From: Myxococcales bacterium
Lineage (GTDB): Bacteria; Myxococcota_A; Polyangia; Polyangiales; Polyangiaceae
Reading direction: 5' to 3'
Assembly (NCBI GenBank): GCA_043747615.1
Contig: JAYTOU010000057.1
Location: 32,001-96,000 of the forward strand
DNA length: 64,000 bases
In this document: piece after piece, positions 38,246 to 47,758 of the stretch
Position numbering within the stretch: the stretch's first letter is position 1
Layout: every line of letters begins with the position of its first letter
Notes under the pieces: model-generated
The model's input: only the letters and a program-made list of their open reading frames with translations
Databases searched by the model: none
What the model was told of the DNA's origin: nothing
Program-made: the position numbers and the translations under genes

Positions 38246-40081
38246 TCACCACTCGAACTGGTCGATGATCACGGGCTCGCTCGCGTCGAGCGGATCGTCT
38301 TTTCCGATGGCCCACGCCTCTATCCGCCCATCCGGGTGCACGCATAGTCGAAGGAAGTGCTTGAACCCGGGGTGCCCTAGGATCGAGAACGCTTGCTGGT
38401 GCTCGATCCCAGTGATGACGAGGGTCATCAGGAAGAGGCCGATCACGAACGCGCCGCCGAAAGCGTAAAGCAGCATGAGCGCGGTCTCTCCGGCCAGCGC
38501 GGGAAGGAAGCGCGACAGCACCATCTTCAAGAGGAGAGGAGCGAGCCCGAGCACGACGCCGAAGGGAATCGCGACTGCGAGCACCCTCCTCGGATGCGTG
38601 CGGTGATGTCCCGCCACCAAGTAGAGGATGACGATCACACCGACCGTGAGAAGCGCTGCGCTGATCCGTCCGACGTGGACTTCACCCGCCTCGAGCTCGA
38701 TCGACGCAAAGAGCACAAGCGCGAGGTGCGCGAGGAGGCCGGCCTTTCCGAGCATCAGCTTCAGCGGCACCTGCGCCACGAGACGCCGGCTCGTCGCTCG
38801 ATCCGGAAACACGGCTCTCGGCTCACCCCCCGGGCCCGGTGCGACGCGCGTCCCGTGGAGGAACGCTCCTCCACCGCCGGCGATGACGTGGATCGAAGCG
38901 CCGACGTCGCGTCGCTCGTAGTGGTGGACGTCGCCGGTGAGATAAAAAATTCGGTCGTTCTTCATGCTCAAGTGACAGGCCGTGAGCATCCGCGTTCCGG
39001 GGTCGTGGGGTTCCCCGAACGCAAACGCCGGGTCGGGGGCGACGAAGAGGATGCGCTGCTGTTTCGCCGTCTCGCCGCAGCCTTGAAAAAAAGCGCGCTG
39101 CCGAAAATCGATCCGACGAAGTTGGCGATCCACGCCCCACAGGTGGAGCCCCGTCGCGATCGGCAGGGAAAAATACGACGCTTCCTGCACCGCGTGGTAA
39201 CCGGCGAGAGTGAGTCGGGTGCGGCGCTTGATCGTGGTGCCCTTGAAGAACGCGCGCACCGAGCGTCCTGCTTGCACCAGGAGACCGACGAGGCCCCCCA
39301 CCTCGTCGAGGTGAAGCTGGTGCGCCACGAGCCCCACGCTGCGCGTCGCCTGACCGGCCGGCGGAACGGAGGCCGTCACGCTCGGCGACGTGGTCGACGA
39401 GGTCGCGGTGCCGTTCGTGGGAGCAGCCCTAAAGAGGCGCGCGAACCCGTCGAGGCCATCGTACCAATCGTGATTTCCGGGAATGCCCAGAAGTGCGCGG
39501 GGCTTTCCGTCGTCGGGGATTTCGGCGAGCACCTCGTTCCAAGGGCCGATCACTCGGTCATGGATTTCTTCGGCGGTCGCCACCGGGTAAGCCGTGTCGC
39601 CGCCGAAGAGGAGAAGCTCACCGCGCGGTAGCCGCCGAGCGCCGCCTTCGCTCGTCGGGTGGTCCACGGCGTCGTACTCCGCGAAGATCAGGCGCGCGAC
39701 GGCCACGCTCACGTCGCGGTCGTCGCCCGTGTCGGCTACGAAATCGATCCACAGCGGACGCCCGAGCGACTCGACCAAGGGCTGGTCGCCCGTTTTCATG
39801 GCGTCGATCCCCAGGACCTCTTTGATGGCACGCAGGAGCTCCCCGGGCGTCTGGGGCTGCATCCAGTCTCGAGAATCGACCGATTCGGCCGCAATCGCGC
39901 TCGCCGCAAAATGCCGCAGGTGGCCGAAAAGTGAAGTCACACCGAACCAGCGGATCGCGTAGGGCGGGTGCGCTCCGTGATGAAAGACGATGGGTGCAGC
40001 CTGATTTCCGCGTAGGCGAAGGGCGCGGACGGAGCGCGCGGGCACATCGACCCCCAGGCGCTTTTCGTCCCCGTCAGCCAT
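38246..40081 (-). CDS. Calcineurin-like metallophosphoesterase with C-terminal TM helices
   Basis: DFVADTGD, GGDTAYP, IPGNHDWYDGL and GDVHHY motifs; hydrophobic C-terminal helices. Confidence 0.8.
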   Translation of the reverse strand: MADGDEKRLGVDVPARSVRALRLRGNQAAPIVFHHGAHPPYAIRWFGVTSLFGHLRHFAASAIAAESVDSRDWMQPQTPGELLRAIKEVLGIDAMKTGDQPLVESLGRPLWIDFVADTGDDRDVSVAVARLIFAEYDAVDHPTSEGGARRLPRGELLLFGGDTAYPVATAEEIHDRVIGPWNEVLAEIPDDGKPRALLGIPGNHDWYDGLDGFARLFRAAPTNGTATSSTTSPSVTASVPPAGQATRSVGLVAHQLHLDEVGGLVGLLVQAGRSVRAFFKGTTIKRRTRLTLAGYHAVQEASYFSLPIATGLHLWGVDRQLRRIDFRQRAFFQGCGETAKQQRILFVAPDPAFAFGEPHDPGTRMLTACHLSMKNDRIFYLTGDVHHYERRDVGASIHVIAGGGGAFLHGTRVAPGPGGEPRAVFPDRATSRRLVAQVPLKLMLGKAGLLAHLALVLFASIELEAGEVHVGRISAALLTVGVIVILYLVAGHHRTHPRRVLAVAIPFGVVLGLAPLLLKMVLSRFLPALAGETALMLLYAFGGAFVIGLFLMTLVITGIEHQQAFSILGHPGFKHFLRLCVHPDGRIEAWAIGKDDPLDASEPVIIDQFEW

Positions 40082-40184
40082 GGTGAGAGAATAGCTTGTT
40101 TACAGGGCTCTTCACCGTCAGCTACCGTTTCCTTCCGAGGCAGCCCGTCTCATCGTCCCCAACCCGACGAACCCGCGAGAATCC

Positions 40185-40916
40185 ATGCCCTTCTTGGGTT
40201 TTCCCCCGTCCAAGCTCCTGAAGTCTGCCGCGTTCCTCCTCGTCCTCGTGGGGGCAGGGACTGCCTTTGCGGGATCGATGCGCGGTCGCATCACCGGCCA
40301 AGACAAACTTTTGCCCGAAGTGTTCGCCGAAGCCTCGAAGGGCGACTCGCACAGATTCAACTGGCGAGAGCCGTCTCCCACCGTGCGTCCGGAGTTCCGT
40401 ACGCTGTCGGCGAACCCGTCTCGCGACGTGTGCATCGCGGCGATGTCAGCGAATACCCCGCCTCCCCACGATCCGATTCTCGTCAAGATCACCGGCGGTC
40501 ACACCATCCCGACCACCCTGGTCGTCTCCCCCGGGACGCGCCTCGCCTTCGAAAATCGCGATCCGTACCCGCACCGCCTCTACATCCCCGGGAACGACGC
40601 ATGGAAGCCGGACGACACGAACTCCGGTGGAACGCGGCCGTGGACGGCCACCACACCGGGGCGCGTCGAGTTCCGCGATCAGCTCTTTCCGAGCGTGCGG
40701 ATGTACGTGGTGATCGACCCCCAGGTAGTCGACACCGCGTTCCCGGGCCGCGACGGAACCTTCGCGATGGACAAGCTTCCGGCCGGTGAATACACGCTGA
40801 AGGCGTTCTTCAACGGCAAGCAGGTCGGCAGACCGGCGAGCGTCGTCGTCAAGGAGCGCGGCTCACTCGAGCTGAAGGAGCCGCTCAACGTGGGCGAAGG
40901 GGCCGACGCCAAATGA
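40185..40916 (+). CDS. Secreted protein with cupredoxin-like and carboxypeptidase-regulatory-like beta domains
   Basis: Signal peptide; V.PGT…F.N.D…H and DGTF…LPAGEYTLKA patterns; overlaps the start of the next gene. Confidence 0.55.
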   Translation: MPFLGFPPSKLLKSAAFLLVLVGAGTAFAGSMRGRITGQDKLLPEVFAEASKGDSHRFNWREPSPTVRPEFRTLSANPSRDVCIAAMSANTPPPHDPILVKITGGHTIPTTLVVSPGTRLAFENRDPYPHRLYIPGNDAWKPDDTNSGGTRPWTATTPGRVEFRDQLFPSVRMYVVIDPQVVDTAFPGRDGTFAMDKLPAGEYTLKAFFNGKQVGRPASVVVKERGSLELKEPLNVGEGADAK

Positions 40917-42961
40917 TGCTCCTCTCTCGTTTCTGGTACGCGATCCTGAGCTTCTGCGTTTGTGTGGCGATCTACACGGTCTTCGTCGCCGTCGGCGAAT
41001 ACAACCGCCGCAACCAGGTGGCGATGACCGAGGGGCTCGCGGCCGACAGCCAGGTCGTGCGCTGGGCGCTGCAGATCGATTCGCGACGCAGGCTCGACGC
41101 ACTCTTGATCGGCGCAGTCGACAAGGGAGTTCAAGACAGCCTGGTCGCAGCGAACGGCAAAGACAGGATCCCCACCAAGTCGAAGGAAGACGCGCGCAAG
41201 GCCCTCGTCGCGATCAGCGAGAAGCTTCCTGCCGAGTACAAACCCGACGCGCTCTTTGCCGTCGACCGTGATGGGCGGGTGGTCGCGCAGCTCGGATTCG
41301 ACTCCGCCAACGCCTTCGACGACTTCGAGCTCGGCGGCTTCCCCGCCGTCAACGACGCGCTCCACGGTTTCCTGCGCGACGACACCTGGGTGCTCGCCGG
41401 AAAAGTTTACCGCGTCTCGGCGCGCCCAGTGGAATACGACGTTTCGCAGCCGCCTGCTGGTGCCATCGTGGGGCTTCGCAGCCTCGATGCTCGCTTCGCG
41501 AAAGACATCTCCAAGCTCACCCGCACCAACGTCGCCTTCTACGCTTCGGGCGTGCGCGTGGCGTCGGCCGCTGGCGCCGACGGCTTCGACGAGAAGCTTC
41601 TCGACGTCGTCACCGCAGAAGTCCCGAAGGTCGAGGCCGACAAGGCCTACCAAGATACCGGACGCTCCGGCATTCGCCTGGTGACCGAAGATCTCGGCGC
41701 CACCTACGCCCGCTTCGAAGGCGATGCGTGGGAGCTTCGCGCAGGCTTCGTCGTTGCCCGCACCCGCGTCTCCATCCGCGGTCCAATGGGATTTTTGACC
41801 AGCGCCGACGACAAGGACAAGGCGAGCGTGCCGTGGCTGCTCATCGTGCTGACCATGCTCGTTGGAATCGGCGCCGGCATCGCCTTCACGGTGCTCGAGC
41901 ACACGCTGCCGATGAGGGAGATGGTCAACCAGGCCCTCCGCCTGAAGAAGGGTGAGCTTGATCAGCTCCAGCTGCCTCGTTTTCGCGGCGGCTTTCGGGG
42001 CATCGCGGCGGACATCAATTTCGGGATCGATCGCGTCGCCGAAAAGGGTGGAGCCCCTAGAAAACAAGCCGATCTCGAGTCCATTCTCGGCCCCGTTCCG
42101 GCACAGCCTTCCATGAGCGCGTTTTCATTTCCTCTGGCGGACGGAAGCCAACCTGGAAATACGTTTCCGTCGCGTGAGCCTGTCTCCTCGCCCGGGCGAG
42201 CCGCGCTTCCTCAACACCCGAACCATGCTGGCCCGCCCCAATCCAATCCGCGCGCAGGTCTCGTTCAAGGCCCTGGCAACGTTCGCGCGACGGGGCCGGG
42301 AAACGCCTTGAACCCACCCACGAACCCAAGCATGACCGCAGGGACGCCCCCCGGTCCGAATCAGAATCTCGGGGAAGGCCTGGCTCGCCCGAACGCGCCG
42401 CCGGTCCCGGCAAGACCGGCATTCCCGCCGAACCTTCCGAACGCGAGGCCCGGCGCACCGAACGCCCTTGCGGCGATGGGTATGCAGACTGCACCAATAT
42501 CCGCCGGCGGATTGCAAGAGCCCCTCACGGCGCCAACCGCGATGAGCCCGCCCGGCAAGGCGCAGGAGCTCATGGCCCAGCACGCGGTTCAGCAGGCGGC
42601 GGAGTCCCTGAAGTTGCAGCAGGCGCGGCCCCAGGGGCTCGCGAACTTGGCGGGCGACGACGACCCTCAAGACGAATCCACGGTGGTCGGCGAAGTCCCG
42701 CGCGAGGTGCTCGCCCAGGCATCTGGTGCCCATCGCACGACCGACGAGGCGACGGAGTGGCTGACGGTCTACGAAGATTTCGTTCGGACCAAGAAGCAAT
42801 GCGGCGAGCCGACCGAAGGTCTCACCTTCGAAAAGTTCCAACACACGCTCAAGAAAAACCGCGATGCTCTCGTCCAGCGTCACGGCTGCAAGCGTGTGCG
42901 CTTCTCGGTGTACGTGAAGGAAGGACGCGCCTCGTTGAAGGCGACGCCGGTCAAAGAATGA
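40913..42961 (+). CDS. MXAN_5187-like membrane protein
   Basis: TM, periplasmic domain, TM, HAMP-like segment, Pro-rich region, then C-terminal …FVRTKKQCGE…FSVYVKEGRASLKATP. Family recalled from memory. Confidence 0.7.
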   Translation: MMLLSRFWYAILSFCVCVAIYTVFVAVGEYNRRNQVAMTEGLAADSQVVRWALQIDSRRRLDALLIGAVDKGVQDSLVAANGKDRIPTKSKEDARKALVAISEKLPAEYKPDALFAVDRDGRVVAQLGFDSANAFDDFELGGFPAVNDALHGFLRDDTWVLAGKVYRVSARPVEYDVSQPPAGAIVGLRSLDARFAKDISKLTRTNVAFYASGVRVASAAGADGFDEKLLDVVTAEVPKVEADKAYQDTGRSGIRLVTEDLGATYARFEGDAWELRAGFVVARTRVSIRGPMGFLTSADDKDKASVPWLLIVLTMLVGIGAGIAFTVLEHTLPMREMVNQALRLKKGELDQLQLPRFRGGFRGIAADINFGIDRVAEKGGAPRKQADLESILGPVPAQPSMSAFSFPLADGSQPGNTFPSREPVSSPGRAALPQHPNHAGPPQSNPRAGLVQGPGNVRATGPGNALNPPTNPSMTAGTPPGPNQNLGEGLARPNAPPVPARPAFPPNLPNARPGAPNALAAMGMQTAPISAGGLQEPLTAPTAMSPPGKAQELMAQHAVQQAAESLKLQQARPQGLANLAGDDDPQDESTVVGEVPREVLAQASGAHRTTDEATEWLTVYEDFVRTKKQCGEPTEGLTFEKFQHTLKKNRDALVQRHGCKRVRFSVYVKEGRASLKATPVKE

Positions 42962-42990
42962 TTTTTCTTTACGGGGGCCAAAGTACGCTC

Positions 42991-44619
42991 ATGCGATCTG
43001 TCTTCAAGTCGGCGCTCATCGCCACCACGTTCGTCTGCACCGCTGGCCTCTTCGAACGCACCGCACATGCCACGAACATCACCGAGTTTCCGGACAACGG
43101 CTCCGAGCAGATGGCCCGCGGCGGCGCTTGGGTGGCGCGCGCGAGTGATCCTCTTGCGGCGTTCTACAACCCCGCCGGGCTCGCAGGGCAGCCGACGCGG
43201 CTTACGCTCCAGTCGAACATCACCTTCTCCCATACCTGTTTTACGCGTGTGCAAGCGGCGAACGACACCACGCAAGAACCGCTCTCCGGGGGCGCGGGCG
43301 GGGCGTTTCCGCGGGTCTGCAACGACGTTGCTCCAAACATCGGGCCCCAGATTGCGTTCACGTATCGAGTGACCGACCGCTTCGGGCTCGGCTTTGCGAT
43401 CCTCGGTCCAAGCGGCGCGGCGAAGGCGAATTGGCCCAACTTCGTGAGCAACAAAGACGGGCCGCAGCCCGCTCCACAGCGCTACTTGCTCCTCGATGGG
43501 AACGTTCTTCTCGCTACGCCCACCATCGGTTTTGGCGCCGAGATTATCGACAACCTCCGGGTCGGGGCGAGCTTTCAGCTCGGGATCATGAAGGCGAAAT
43601 TCTCGACGGCGTCCGCGTCGGTGAACGACGAGAACGAGAACCCCAAGTCGAACGACGTGAACGCGACCCTCATCGCCCAGGACATGTTCGTTCCCGGCTT
43701 CACCCTCGGCGCCCTCTACAGCGCGACCGAGAACCTCGATCTCGCTGGCTGGTTCAAATGGAGCGATGCGATCAAGGCTTCCGGCGACATCTACACCCAG
43801 TCGAACTATTTCACTCCCAAGGTCGCTGGCGGCGACACCAGCGGCATCAAAGACGGCGATTCCACCATCCCGGACTGCAACCTCGGCAACGGCACGAAGA
43901 TCTGCGGAAACGGCGACAACGCGAAATTGCGGATCAACATCCCGATGGAGGCGAAGATCGGCCTTCGCTACCACAAGCCGCGCGGCCTCGTGAAAAAGCA
44001 CCTGCGCGATCCAATGGCGACCGACGTGTTCGATGCCGAGATCGATCTCACCTGGGCGAACAACAGCGCCTTCGACGGCGTACGGGTTCGGTTCCCGACC
44101 GACGCCAACGGCGACGGCATCATCCCCGTGAATGGAATTCCGAGCGGTGTCGTTCCGCCGAACGCCGACGCGTATCACGGCTTCAGAGACGTAGTCGGCG
44201 TGCGCGTGGGCGGAGACTTCAACGTGCTCCCCGACAAGCTCGCCCTTCGCGGCGGCGCTTATTTCGAGAGCAACGGTCAGGACAAGAAGTACCAAAACAT
44301 CGACTTCATCGGAGCTGCGCGCGTAGGTCTTGCGGCCGGAACGACGTTCCGCATCCACCTCGATCCCGAGAAGACCAAGGCCATCGAGCTCTCCCTCGGT
44401 CTGATGCACGTCTTCGTGATGACCCAAGACAACAAAGATCCGAAGGCCGAAGGAATGAACGGCGTCGCGGGCACGGCCTGTAACCCCAGCGTAAATTCGC
44501 TCCCCGGGGGCACATGCAAGGACGGAAGGCCGAAGTACCGAGAGAACTGGCCCGTCAATCTGGGGACCATCACGAACGCGATCAATGCCATCAACGTCGG
44601 CGCGAGCTATCGTTTCTAG
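42991..44619 (+). CDS. OmpP1/FadL/TodX-family outer-membrane transporter
   Basis: MARGGAWVARASDPLAAFYNPAGL hatch motif, LRGGAYFE, C-terminal ASYRF. Confidence 0.8.
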   Translation: MRSVFKSALIATTFVCTAGLFERTAHATNITEFPDNGSEQMARGGAWVARASDPLAAFYNPAGLAGQPTRLTLQSNITFSHTCFTRVQAANDTTQEPLSGGAGGAFPRVCNDVAPNIGPQIAFTYRVTDRFGLGFAILGPSGAAKANWPNFVSNKDGPQPAPQRYLLLDGNVLLATPTIGFGAEIIDNLRVGASFQLGIMKAKFSTASASVNDENENPKSNDVNATLIAQDMFVPGFTLGALYSATENLDLAGWFKWSDAIKASGDIYTQSNYFTPKVAGGDTSGIKDGDSTIPDCNLGNGTKICGNGDNAKLRINIPMEAKIGLRYHKPRGLVKKHLRDPMATDVFDAEIDLTWANNSAFDGVRVRFPTDANGDGIIPVNGIPSGVVPPNADAYHGFRDVVGVRVGGDFNVLPDKLALRGGAYFESNGQDKKYQNIDFIGAARVGLAAGTTFRIHLDPEKTKAIELSLGLMHVFVMTQDNKDPKAEGMNGVAGTACNPSVNSLPGGTCKDGRPKYRENWPVNLGTITNAINAINVGASYRF

Positions 44620-44673
44620 CCGACCATCGAAACGCTGTGCTGCGTGATACTCGTCACGCGGCCTCGAGGACAC

Positions 44674-45630
44674 ATGAGCGACCCCCGCAAAGTGATCATC
44701 ATCGGTTCGGGACCTGCCGGACACACCGCCGGCATTTACGCCGCACGCGCAAACCTTAGCCCCTTGATGTTCGAGGGAATGGTGAAGGGCGGCATTCCCG
44801 GTGGTCAGCTCATGATCACCAACGACGTCGAAAATTTCCCCGGCTTCCCCGAGAAAATCACCGGACCGGATCTGATGAAGGCCTTCCGCGATCAGTCGCT
44901 GCATCAGGGCGTGGAGATCCGCACGGAGGACGTGAACAAGGTCGACGTGTCGAAGCGCCCGTTTCGCGTTTGGGTCGGCGACGACAACGTCGAGCACGCG
45001 GCGCAGACCCTGATCATCGCCACGGGTGCCCAGGCAAAGTGGCTCAACATCGACACGGAGCACGCCCTCAAGGGCCGCGGCGTCTCGGCCTGCGCGGTAT
45101 GCGACGGAGCCTTCTTCCGCAATCAGGACGTGATGGTCGTCGGCGGCGGGGACACGGCGATGGAAGAGTCGATGTACCTCTCCGGCATCTGCAAGTCGGT
45201 GACGCTCGTCCACCGCCGCGAAGAGTTTCGCGCCAGCAAGGCCATGCAAGATCGCGTGTTCAAGAACAAGAAGATCAGCATCCTCTACAACTCCGCCGTC
45301 GAAGAGATCATGGACGTGTCGAAGGGCGAGGTCACCGGCGCGCGGGTGATGAACTTCAAGACCAAAGAGTCGAAGGTCGTGCCGATCACGGGGCTTTTCG
45401 TGGCCATCGGTCACACCCCGAACACCGATCTCTTCGTCGGGCAACTGGACCTGCACGAAAACGGGTATCTGAAAGCGAAGCCCGGAACGGCGCAAACCAG
45501 CGTGCCAGGCGTGTTCGCCTGCGGCGACGTTCAAGACTTCGTCTACCGCCAAGCGGTCACCGCCGCGGGAACGGGTTGCATGGCGGCACTCGAGGCCGAG
45601 CGCTGGCTCGCCGCGAACGAAGACCACTGA
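44674..45630 (+). CDS. trxB: Thioredoxin reductase
   Basis: IIGSGPAG, GVSACAVCDG, GGGDTAMEE, HRR and GDVQD..YRQA motifs. Confidence 0.97.
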   Translation: MSDPRKVIIIGSGPAGHTAGIYAARANLSPLMFEGMVKGGIPGGQLMITNDVENFPGFPEKITGPDLMKAFRDQSLHQGVEIRTEDVNKVDVSKRPFRVWVGDDNVEHAAQTLIIATGAQAKWLNIDTEHALKGRGVSACAVCDGAFFRNQDVMVVGGGDTAMEESMYLSGICKSVTLVHRREEFRASKAMQDRVFKNKKISILYNSAVEEIMDVSKGEVTGARVMNFKTKESKVVPITGLFVAIGHTPNTDLFVGQLDLHENGYLKAKPGTAQTSVPGVFACGDVQDFVYRQAVTAAGTGCMAALEAERWLAANEDH

Positions 45631-45648
45631 GCGGAAGGCCAAGCGCGG

Positions 45649-46170
45649 ATGACGATGAGCACCTCAGGTCGCCCGTCCACCAGCACGTCCGGTGCTCCGG
45701 CGGCGATGACGGAGCGTGAAGATCAGCTGGCGCGCGTCTCGTTCTTCGACGGGCTCACGCGGGAGGCTCTGGCCATGATGGCCCAGGTGACGACCGAAGA
45801 ATCGCACGCTCTTGGCACGCGGATTTTTCAATACGGAGATCCGGGCGACAAGCTCTTCATCATCCTCGAGGGCAAGGTGCGTATCTCCCGCGAAGTTGCG
45901 GGGATGGGCGAAGAGGCGCTCGCGGTCCTCGGACCGGGTCAAGTGTTCGGCGAGATGGCGCTGCTCGATGAATCACCCCGCTCGGCCGATGCCCGCGCCC
46001 ACGAGCGCTGCCGACTCTTGGTGATCGCCAAGGACGCGTTCGACGATCTGCTTTTTTTGCACAAAGACTTGGCGTTCGAAGTCCTCTGGAGTTGCGTACG
46101 CACGCTGTCGGGACGGCTTCGGGAGACGAACGACAAGTTGACGTTCCTTTCGACCAGCGGAAAGTTTTGA
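45649..46170 (+). CDS. Stand-alone cyclic-nucleotide-binding domain protein
   Basis: LFIILEGKV…FGEMALLDESPRSADA motif; no HTH. Confidence 0.88.
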   Translation: MTMSTSGRPSTSTSGAPAAMTEREDQLARVSFFDGLTREALAMMAQVTTEESHALGTRIFQYGDPGDKLFIILEGKVRISREVAGMGEEALAVLGPGQVFGEMALLDESPRSADARAHERCRLLVIAKDAFDDLLFLHKDLAFEVLWSCVRTLSGRLRETNDKLTFLSTSGKF

Positions 46171-46180
46171 GGTTGTCTTC

Positions 46181-46840
46181 GTGAGAAATGGTTCCAGTTT
46201 TCTGGCGGTGTCCTTCGTTCTTGGTAACGCGATCGCCGCGTGCGGCGGCGCCCAGCCCGAGCCCCCGCAAACGCCGAGCGCAACGCCCTCCGCGAGCGCT
46301 GCACCGACGACCGCTTCCTCCGTGAGCAGCGCGGTGCCCCTGAACACGCCGCCCGGCCCGGCAGGTACGCCTCCCTTCGCGGGCCTTATGAAGCCCATCG
46401 CGGCGAGCACGATGGCGAGCGATCTCCAGGCCATCGGCCTCGACCCGAAGGCGCTCCCTCCGCTCAACAAACTCGATCCGGCGACGCTCCGAAAGGTCAT
46501 GCGCACGTTCACCAGGGCGTTAGGTGCAAAGTGCACGGATTGCCACGACGACGCCGACTACGCTCTTCCCACGCCGATGAAAACGATCGCAGAGCACATG
46601 TGGAACGACTACGTGCGCGCGCTTTCGTTTGATCCGCCAACGCAGCCGCTCTACTGCGACTCGTGTCACCAGGGTCGAGGGAAGATCCTCGATCGCCACG
46701 ACAAGAAGGCGCTCGGCAAGTGGATGGATCAAAACTTCGTCGCAAAGCTGAAGCGGGTCGACGGAAAGGAACACAATTGCGAGACCTGCCACGGAGACCC
46801 GTTCGACGGAAATATCCTCGGCAAATGGACAGGTAAGTAA
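46181..46840 (+). CDS. Triheme c-type cytochrome lipoprotein
   Basis: Lipobox IAAC; CTDCH, CDSCH and CETCH motifs, each with an upstream Met-bearing helix. Confidence 0.8.
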   Translation: MRNGSSFLAVSFVLGNAIAACGGAQPEPPQTPSATPSASAAPTTASSVSSAVPLNTPPGPAGTPPFAGLMKPIAASTMASDLQAIGLDPKALPPLNKLDPATLRKVMRTFTRALGAKCTDCHDDADYALPTPMKTIAEHMWNDYVRALSFDPPTQPLYCDSCHQGRGKILDRHDKKALGKWMDQNFVAKLKRVDGKEHNCETCHGDPFDGNILGKWTGK

Positions 46841-46878
46841 CGCTGGTCGCGCCCAGCCCAGAACTTCTCCACAGTTTG

Positions 46879-46907
46879 TTGACGGCGTGACGCCCGTTCA
46901 GTACAAT
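46879..46907 (+). promoter_or_regulatory. sigma70-type lexA promoter with a candidate LexA box in the spacer
   Basis: TTGACG (46879) N17 TACAAT (46902), ATG 7 nt later; spacer contains ACGCCCGTTCAG. Confidence 0.7.
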
Positions 46908-46914
46908 TACCGCC

Positions 46915-47688
46915 ATGGTAGGCCTGACCCAGCGCCAGCAAATGGTTCTTGACTTCATCAACCAGTCAATCACCGACCGCGGATACCCTCCGACGCTGCG
47001 TGAGATTGGCGCGCGCATGGGGATTCGATCGACGAACGGGGTGAACGATCACCTGCGCGCCCTCGAGCGAAAGGGTTACCTCACGCGCGAGGACATGAAA
47101 TCGCGCGCGCTCCGCCCCACGGGCTTTGGCCAGACACCAGAGCTTCCAGGTCTTGGCCCAGTGAGAGACGGAAACGGATCGAGAAACGCACTGAGTCATC
47201 AGTCGCACGCGCAATCCTCGCACCAATTGAATGGGCGTGCAGAGGCGGGCCTCAACGCGATCAACTCCCTCAATGCCTCCGCGGCCAACGACGACGACAT
47301 AGTGGAGGTTCAGATCCTCGGCCGCGTCGCCGCGGGTCTGCCGCTCCTCGCCGAAGAGCACGTCATCGACACCGTGCGCATCGACCGCGGCCTCCTGAAG
47401 GGCGGGCGCGAGGTGTTCGGGCTCAAGGTGCAAGGCGATTCGATGATCGACGCCGGCATCCTCACGGGCGACTACATCTTCGTCCGCAAGCAGCTCACGG
47501 CGTCGCGCGGCGACATCGTCGTTGCCCTCATCGGAGACGAAGCGACCGTCAAATACTACTACCCGGAAAAGGACTACGTCCGCTTCCAGCCTGCCAACAA
47601 GACCATGGCCCCCATCCTGGTCCGGGCCGTCGACTTCCGCCCCACGATGCTTCTGGGTGTCGTCGTCGGCATCTTCCGCCGCATCTAA
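46915..47688 (+). CDS. lexA: SOS repressor LexA
   Basis: LTQRQQ…GYPPTLREIG wHTH, VAAG cleavage site, catalytic GDSM Ser and TVK Lys. Confidence 0.96.
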   Translation: MVGLTQRQQMVLDFINQSITDRGYPPTLREIGARMGIRSTNGVNDHLRALERKGYLTREDMKSRALRPTGFGQTPELPGLGPVRDGNGSRNALSHQSHAQSSHQLNGRAEAGLNAINSLNASAANDDDIVEVQILGRVAAGLPLLAEEHVIDTVRIDRGLLKGGREVFGLKVQGDSMIDAGILTGDYIFVRKQLTASRGDIVVALIGDEATVKYYYPEKDYVRFQPANKTMAPILVRAVDFRPTMLLGVVVGIFRRI

Positions 47689-47717
47689 GTCCACGGCAGC
47701 TACGCGCCGTCACGGGC

Positions 47718-47747
47718 TTGACCTGCCTCTTCCGCCGGAGATACGGT
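47718..47747 (+). promoter_or_regulatory. Possible sigma70 promoter for the DUF4398-OmpA pair
   Basis: TTGACC N18 TACGGT upstream of ATG 47759. Confidence 0.35.
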
Positions 47748-47758
47748 CGGTGCAATAA

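Noticed and set aside
42880..45642. 920-aa minus-strand ORF and many other long antisense or alternate-frame ORFs (e.g. 2824-4629, 13707-15167, 49559-51049)
   Set aside because: They are shadows of well-supported genes in high-GC DNA, with Arg/Gly/Val-rich composition and no motifs.
46865..46873. DnaA-box-like TTCTCCACA upstream of lexA
   Set aside because: It is a single mismatched copy with no cluster of boxes or origin context.
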